Assembly: GCA_964016885.1 (NCBI GenBank)
Contig: OZ024743.1
Location: 288,424,001-288,488,000 of the forward strand
Reading direction: 5' to 3'
Length of the DNA: 64,000 nucleotides
Origin: Eledone cirrhosa
Taxonomy: Eukaryota
Part shown: piece after piece, positions 56,975 to 64,000 of the stretch
Position numbering within the stretch: position 1 is the stretch's first letter
Layout of the letters: each line of letters begins with the position of its first letter
Position numbers and translations under genes: made by a program
Notes under the pieces: generated by a model
Database searches by the model: none
Seen by the model: the letters and a program-made list of their open reading frames with translations, nothing else
Told to the model about the DNA's origin: nothing

Positions 56975-58264
56975 AATAAAGGCAAACAAGTATTTGAACT
57001 CAGAGAGGAGAGAGCCGGAACAAATACAGAAAGGTATTTTGTCCAACCCATTAACAGCTCTGCCAGTTCGCCTTCTAGATGGAGCAAACGACTGGAATAC
57101 TCAGCTTTAAAACTGATTACTTTTTATACATTTACGTGTGTATACATCTGTGTGCATGTGTATGTGTGTGTGGGGTGGGGTGTACACTTGTACAAATGTG
57201 TATATGGGTATATATGTGTGCATGTGGTGTATGTGTGAGTGTGTAAGTATACATATGCATATATATATATATACATAAATACACACACAGACACACACAC
57301 ACACATATATATATACACATATATACATACATATGTATGAGTGTGTGTACGTGTATGTGTTTATATATGTATTTGTGTGTATATGTCTAGGTGTGAGTTG
57401 ATGATCAATCTAGAGACAAATGAGATGAAGTGAGAGATCAGTGGAGATAATCTCTGCTATATTATTGCAGTTGATTCATTGAAACACAATCAAGGCAAAC
57501 CTATAAACAGTTTACTGACTGCGACTGTTGTATAATGATTACCCCCTCCAACTACACCCACCACTACCATCATCATTATCTTTATCATCATTATCATCAT
57601 TCTCATTATAAGCACTATCAACATAACAACCACCATCGTTACCATTATTAAAACCCTCAAGACGTGGATCATTACCATAATTACTACCACCACTACCACC
57701 ACTACCATCACCACCACCGCCGCCGCCACCACCACCACCACCGCCATCACCACCACCGCCGCCGCCGCCACCACCACCACAACCACGACCATCACCACCA
57801 TCGCCGCCGCCTCCACCACCACAACCACTACCACCATCACTACCCCTTCCAATACCACCATCACCACCGCTAACACCACACTACCTCCTCCAGCAACACC
57901 AACACCACCAGCAACACCAACACCATCACCACCATCACAACCACCACCAAAACCACCACCACAACCACCATCACACCACCACCACCACCACCACCAACCA
58001 CACTACCCAACACCATCACCACTATTACCAACACCAACCCCAACACCATCACCGCCACAACCACCAAGACCACCACCACCACCACCATCATCGCCTACAT
58101 CATCAACATCACCCCATTTATGATCAAAGAAACCCTCATATTTTCCGTTATCACAATCAAGCCACGCACTAACACATAGATACACACAGACATACGCATT
58201 CACACAAGCATATATACACTTAAACTGGCGTGTGTGCATATCTATCTATCTATCTATCTATCTA

Positions 58265-58350
<86 letters not shown>

Positions 58351-58359
58351 CAGTATATA

Positions 58360-58458
58360 CAGGGTGTCCTCGAAAAATGTATAAACACTTCGACAGTATT
58401 GTAATAAATATTGCCTGTACAGGTAATTATAGTGTGTATACATTTATTGGGACACCCA

Positions 58459-58459
<1 letters not shown>
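58360..58459. mobile_element. Tc1/mariner-type MITE, ~100 bp
   Basis: TA|cagggtgtcc..aatgtata ... tatacatt..ggacaccc. A degenerate second copy at about 34735-34812 shares aataaatattgcctgtaca. Confidence 0.75.
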
Positions 58460-58515
<56 letters not shown>

Positions 58516-59059
58516 GTAGAAACAGCTAAGAGCCCCACAAACATGTACCGTACACACACACACGTAGGCACATACATACATACATACATACGCAGTTACA
58601 CACATGTAGTCACACATACACACTCGTACACATATACATACTCATGTATAGTCAATACAAACACATAAACACACACATACATAGTCATATATAGATATAC
58701 AGACACACACAGATACAAATATACGTACATACATATACATACAGATAAACACGTAAATATTCTGACGAAGGCACACACATAAACACACACACACACACAT
58801 AGACATACACACATACGAAACCACGCATACATAGATACATACAAATGTACGCATAGATACGTACATTCCTACGCACTTACCCATATACATAGTTACTACA
58901 TAGTTACACATACACATGTGGAGTCACTACACTCCAAAACTCATCTCACGATTCTATCTTGATTTTCGCTCATTTTCCAAGAAATTAATCAACTTTCTTC
59001 TTCATCTTCATTTCCTCTACGAGACTTGACTGATAAGAATAGTACTGAGGCTCTGAGAC

Positions 59060-59892
59060 ATAAACGACACCAGCACCACCACCACTTCCAGCCCCACCAT
59101 CATTACTATCCCCCCCGCCCCATCACCACCATCTTCACCACCTTCACACCCTTCACCACAACCTTCACCACCACCACCATCTCTATCCCACATCACCACA
59201 ACCACCACCTTCAACACCTTCGCAGCCATCACCACCCCAACCACCACCTTTTCACCACCATCACCACCACCACTTTCATCACCTTTACACCCAGCACCAC
59301 CACCTTCACACCCGCTACCATCGCCATCACCATCACCACCATCACCACAATCGTCACCATCACCACCACCACCACCATCATCACCATCACCATCACCACC
59401 ACCACCAACACCATCACCACCTTCACCACCTTCACGACCATCACCATCACTACCACCACCTTCACCACCATCACCATCATCACCACCACTATCACCACCA
59501 CCACCACCATCACCGCCACCACCACCACCAACACCATCACCATCACTACCACCACCTTCACCACCATCACCACCACTATCGCCACCACCACCACCACCAC
59601 CATCACCACCACCACCAGCACCACCATCACCACCACTATTACCACCACCACCACCATCACCATCACCACCACCACCACGACGACGACGACCACCACCACC
59701 ACCACCACCACCACCACCACCACCACCACCACCACCATCACCACCATCACCACCACCACCACCACCACCACCACCACCACCATCTCAATCATTTTACCAG
59801 TACTAAATGTCATATTAATTATATGCGTTTCTTCTATAATTCATATTACTCTTATTAGTATTTTGGCTTTTTAAGTTATTCTATCGCCATCT

Positions 59893-59924
<32 letters not shown>

Positions 59925-60180
59925 TAAAATTACCTGATAATGATGATAATAACGATGAGGATGATTGTGATGGTGATGATTATGATGATGATGATGATGA
60001 TTTTGATGACGTCAATGATGATGATGATGATGATGATGATTTTGATGATGGTGAGGATTATGCTAATAATGGTTATGGTGATGATGACGAGGAGGAGGAG
60101 GAGGAGGGGGGGGAGGAGGAGGAGGAGGAGGAGGTATATAACGACGATGATGCTGATGGTGTTGACGACGGCGATGATCT
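59060..60180. repeat. (ACC/ATC)n followed by (ATG/AGG)n low-complexity zone
   Basis: Trinucleotide mosaics are directly visible. Confidence 0.9.
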
Positions 60181-60764
60181 TTGTGATAATTATAGCGATA
60201 AGAAGCTTCATTACTCCCAGCCGAGCAGCAGAGATCGTTTGAGAGAGAAATGGAGTATGGAGATGTTTGTTGTTCTCCTAGCTGTCTGTCATATTAATTA
60301 CTGATAGACAGAAACAGATATCCTGGAAAAAAATGTCTTCTTCCGTATGTCATAGAGCATGTAACATGGCTAAAGCAATATAACAAGACGATGTGGTAAT
60401 GCAATGTATCACTGTAAATATATGGAATCTACTTTGAAATAAGAACCTCTATGTGATCTTTCAACCAGCTAGAAATTGTAACAATATTTCTCTCAAATGA
60501 CGCTATGAAATTATGATTTTACAGAGAGCTCACTTGAAACGGGATTCCGAGTTTGGTGGATTGTATTCATCCAGTTCGGATTAATTAGACACCAAAAGCT
60601 ATACTCGTTGTCCTGAATGAGAAGAAGGAATAGATCCACAAGATTCTAAACCTTATTCGCTTACCAAGTGGAGGGGCTTTGTCTAATCGGACTAAGGAAA
60701 TACTATTTCCAGTTGCCCTTCCATTATTGATACTATCTACCAGTTGCAACTCCTGGCAGCAAAA

Positions 60765-60835
60765 GCAACGTGAAATAAAGTGTCTTGCTCATGCACATAA
60801 CGCGTCGCCCAGTCCGGGAATCGAACTCGCAACCT
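60765..60835 (-). mobile_element. SINE family 2 fragment
   Basis: Reverse complement of gagttcgattcccggactgggcgacgcgttatgtgcatgagcaagacactttatttcacgttgc. Confidence 0.75.
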
Positions 60836-60851
60836 GTATATGTATCTGTAT

Positions 60852-60939
<88 letters not shown>

Positions 60940-61047
60940 CAGCCGTTGGGGTCCTGACTCTTTTCCTATTACTCACTCTACTAGCCTAAGTATCGAGTAC
61001 TCTGGTGCATTATGGTCTACCTGGTTGCTTTACACACTTCCTTCGTT
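60940..61047. mobile_element. Family A short element, opposite orientation, no fold-back
   Basis: Reverse complement of acgaaggaa...gaccccaacggctg, more diverged, abutting (TA)n. Confidence 0.8.
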
Positions 61048-61505
61048 ATATGTGTAAATATATATATATAGAGAGAGAAGGGGGGAGTCAGAGAGAGAGA
61101 GGGGGATCAGAAAGAGCGAGAGGGGGGGGGGAGACGTTAACATCAATTCATTCTAATAGTACTGAAATCCCGGTACATGATACGGCTGATAATAATACTT
61201 CTTAAATACCGATACATAATATTTAGTGCTAATGTTGATTATTTAATAATTAGGGAATCGGATTGTATACTGATTCCTTCAACATTTCTTTAACTCGGGG
61301 AATGTTACAGTGTTACAGTTGTACAATAGCACAATGTTACAACCTTACTATGTTACAAGCCTTACTATGCTGCTACACATGCTTAGTGATTTTAACATCT
61401 TTACATACATTATAGTTAGTCATTTCTAGCAAAACCTCTTGAGCTCCTTTACATAGTTTTCCGCTGCCACACCACTCTCAGTTTCTTTGTCTTCTTCTCA
61501 TTTTC

Positions 61506-61543
<38 letters not shown>

Positions 61544-61619
61544 AAAATTGAACGGGAACAAAACAGAGAGGCATACGAACAAAGGTTTATTAGTTTCACG
61601 CTCTTGAGAGTGGGGTGGT

Positions 61620-61687
<68 letters not shown>

Positions 61688-61689
<2 letters not shown>

Positions 61690-61772
61690 GTGGAAACTCA
61701 ATTCACGAACAACTTTTTGGGTGATGAACTGCCTTCAGGAACGGCTTAAGTTCGTGAACCAAGATTCCAATA
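61688..61772. mobile_element. pogo/Tigger-type MITE
   Basis: cagtggaactcaattcacgaac ... gttcgtgaaccaagattcca inverted termini within (TA)n. Confidence 0.7.
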
Positions 61773-61791
61773 TATCTATATATATATCTAT

Positions 61792-61822
<31 letters not shown>

Positions 61823-61854
61823 ACAACTTATATATATATATATATATATAACAA

Positions 61855-61889
<35 letters not shown>

Positions 61890-61894
61890 CAACT

Positions 61895-61928
<34 letters not shown>

Positions 61929-63658
61929 ACTTTGTGTCTCACCAACGTCAGAATGGATTTATACGAACTGGGTGAAACAATTATTCTCGGTATGGTGAAC
62001 TAATTGTTGTTACTATATATATATATATATATATATCGAGAAAAGAAGTTGAAAATGCATTTGTATATGTATATACACGTCAATATATATCTTCGGCAAG
62101 TAGAAAGATCTTCTTTCCTAAAGTCTCAACACTAAAGGTTCTGCAAATATTCAAAGACAGCCAGCTTCGTTATCAAATTCAGTTCATAAAGTAATTTGTA
62201 ACTACTCAAATACAGTTTGTGTAGTAAGAGATCTACTGTCGTTCTTCTATTCAGCATAGCACTGTATTTTTTTAGAACGTCAGCGAAATCTGTGCTGTTG
62301 CTCTTAATATAAGCCAAGCTCAACAGCCATGTCAGGTACACAAATTATTTGGTCCAATTATTCTATTGTGAGATCGTATTGCCTCTCACCTTTCGAATCT
62401 TTAGTTTCCTGCTAACCGCATTTTAAGAGCCAGTGTAAACAATCATTCGAAGGAGAGTGGGGTGAAATGTTTCTCTCTCAATGGATGGAAGGACTCTACA
62501 TTACAATGCGTGAGAGTAGAGAGAGAATTTGGGTGACTTTAGCGGAGTCCAATCTGTTGCATGCATTCAGGTTAGGTCATCGCTTAGTAGACAACTAAAA
62601 TACCTCCCTCCCCCCTTTCTCTCACCAAACTCAAAGGTCCAGCAAGGAGTTATGCGCCTTGTACTTTCCTCCATCACTAAAGAATAAAAATCGGTCTTCA
62701 AGTGATATCTGAAAACATTAGTGGGGTTTTGGCCCGTGGAAATAATAATAATAAAATTAATCTTCAATACAGACTTATAAAATCTGACGAATACCTCTTT
62801 TAATTAACAAAAACACAACAGAGTGAGGCAGAGCGAAAACAACAAAGGGGTAAGTGATAAAAGAAGCCAAAAGAAGCAAACATGAGAAAAAGATGGTGTA
62901 AAACGGACAACTATAAAGAGTTAAATGTTTCTCTTGTTGAATATTGTCGTAGCCTCCATATATTATATCTTGTTTATGGTTTCTAGATCTGTTCTTTGAT
63001 GAACTTGATCTCCCTTACCACCCTCCGGGGAAACGCCTTCTACATTCCGTCCGCCGGGGCCGTGGGGCGGCCAGCATGTGGGACCACATTTGCTCATAAT
63101 AGTGAGAGTTGGGGAGGGCAAGAGAGATGAAGGCGGTGACAGTGGGAGTTCGGCTCTTCTGTGTTCGGACCTGGTGTATAACATCAGTTTTCCGTATATT
63201 CTCTATTGATAATAGCGTCAGTTAACGGTACATAGGGGATATACGATGGTCTTGAACAATGCCCCCCCCCCCCTCCCCGCTATTAATTTTTTATTCGCCT
63301 CACCAGGCTTTTATTAACCCCCCACCCTCCTTATTAAATTTTCTTAATCTGTCTCCGGCGAAATTTTATTGGAAGTGATTCATATCGATACAGCAGCTGG
63401 AGAATCTAATAATAATTTTATTTTACACTGAAAAGACATTATAGATGACAAAAAAAGGACATTACACGGACTCCCATGATTACGAACGTACAAGATACAA
63501 TTTCAATTCCCACCCCGCTTTTATTCCCATACTTACATTAATGTATATTACACAACATATATGCAAATACATGTATATATTATATATTAAATACGCAAAG
63601 AAGTCTGGCCTATACATATATACACACATAACTATATATATATATATATATATATATA

Positions 63659-63842
63659 ACGAAGGAAATGTGGTAAGGAACCAGGTGGACCATAACGCAC
63701 CAAAGTACTCAATACTTAGGGTAGTAGAGTGGGTAATAGGAACAAGTAAGACCCCGACGGCTGAGCTCAAGCCGTTTCGACGGCTAATTCTGAATTAGCC
63801 GTCGAAACGGCTTGAGCTCAGCCGTCGGATCTTACTTGTTCC
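63659..63842. mobile_element. Family A short element, fold-back copy
   Basis: Arms 63739-63790 / 63792-63842 around a single T, with (TA)n on both sides. Confidence 0.85.
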
Positions 63843-63854
63843 TATATATATATA

Positions 63855-64000
<146 letters not shown>

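Noticed and set aside
62100-62345. 69 aa minus-strand ORF in unique sequence (similarly 42760-43120)
   Set aside because: No recognisable motif, and the length is within chance expectation.

Overview
This is eukaryotic, gene-poor (intronic or intergenic) DNA dominated by microsatellites: (TA)n, (CA)n, (CT)n, (ACT)n, (ACC)n, (ATC)n, (AAT)n and (AAG)n. The repeat content resembles what I know from octopus/coleoid genomes; that assignment is inference. No intact host gene is supported, and nearly all ORFs in the track are translated microsatellites. All recognisable coding remnants are retroelements: a Penelope-like element (RT thumb plus GIY-YIG, 2400-3349 -), a 5'-truncated R4/Dong-type RLE LINE in (TAA)n (20957-22997 +), a Tx1/L1-type 3' end (23082-23805 -), and RTE and CR1-like fragments. 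There are also more than a dozen tRNA-derived SINE copies and four Tc1/mariner/pogo MITE types. The most striking signal is a dense population of short (100-400 bp) islands embedded in (TA)n tracts. They belong to many sequence families, many carry minimal type-I hammerhead ribozyme cores (CUGAnGA-stemII-GAAA-palindromic stem III-NUH), and several have fold-back inverted duplications. They look like Penelope termini or non-autonomous retrozyme-like elements and cluster at about 39.7-42.4 kb. All coordinates and alignments were read by eye; no searches were run.
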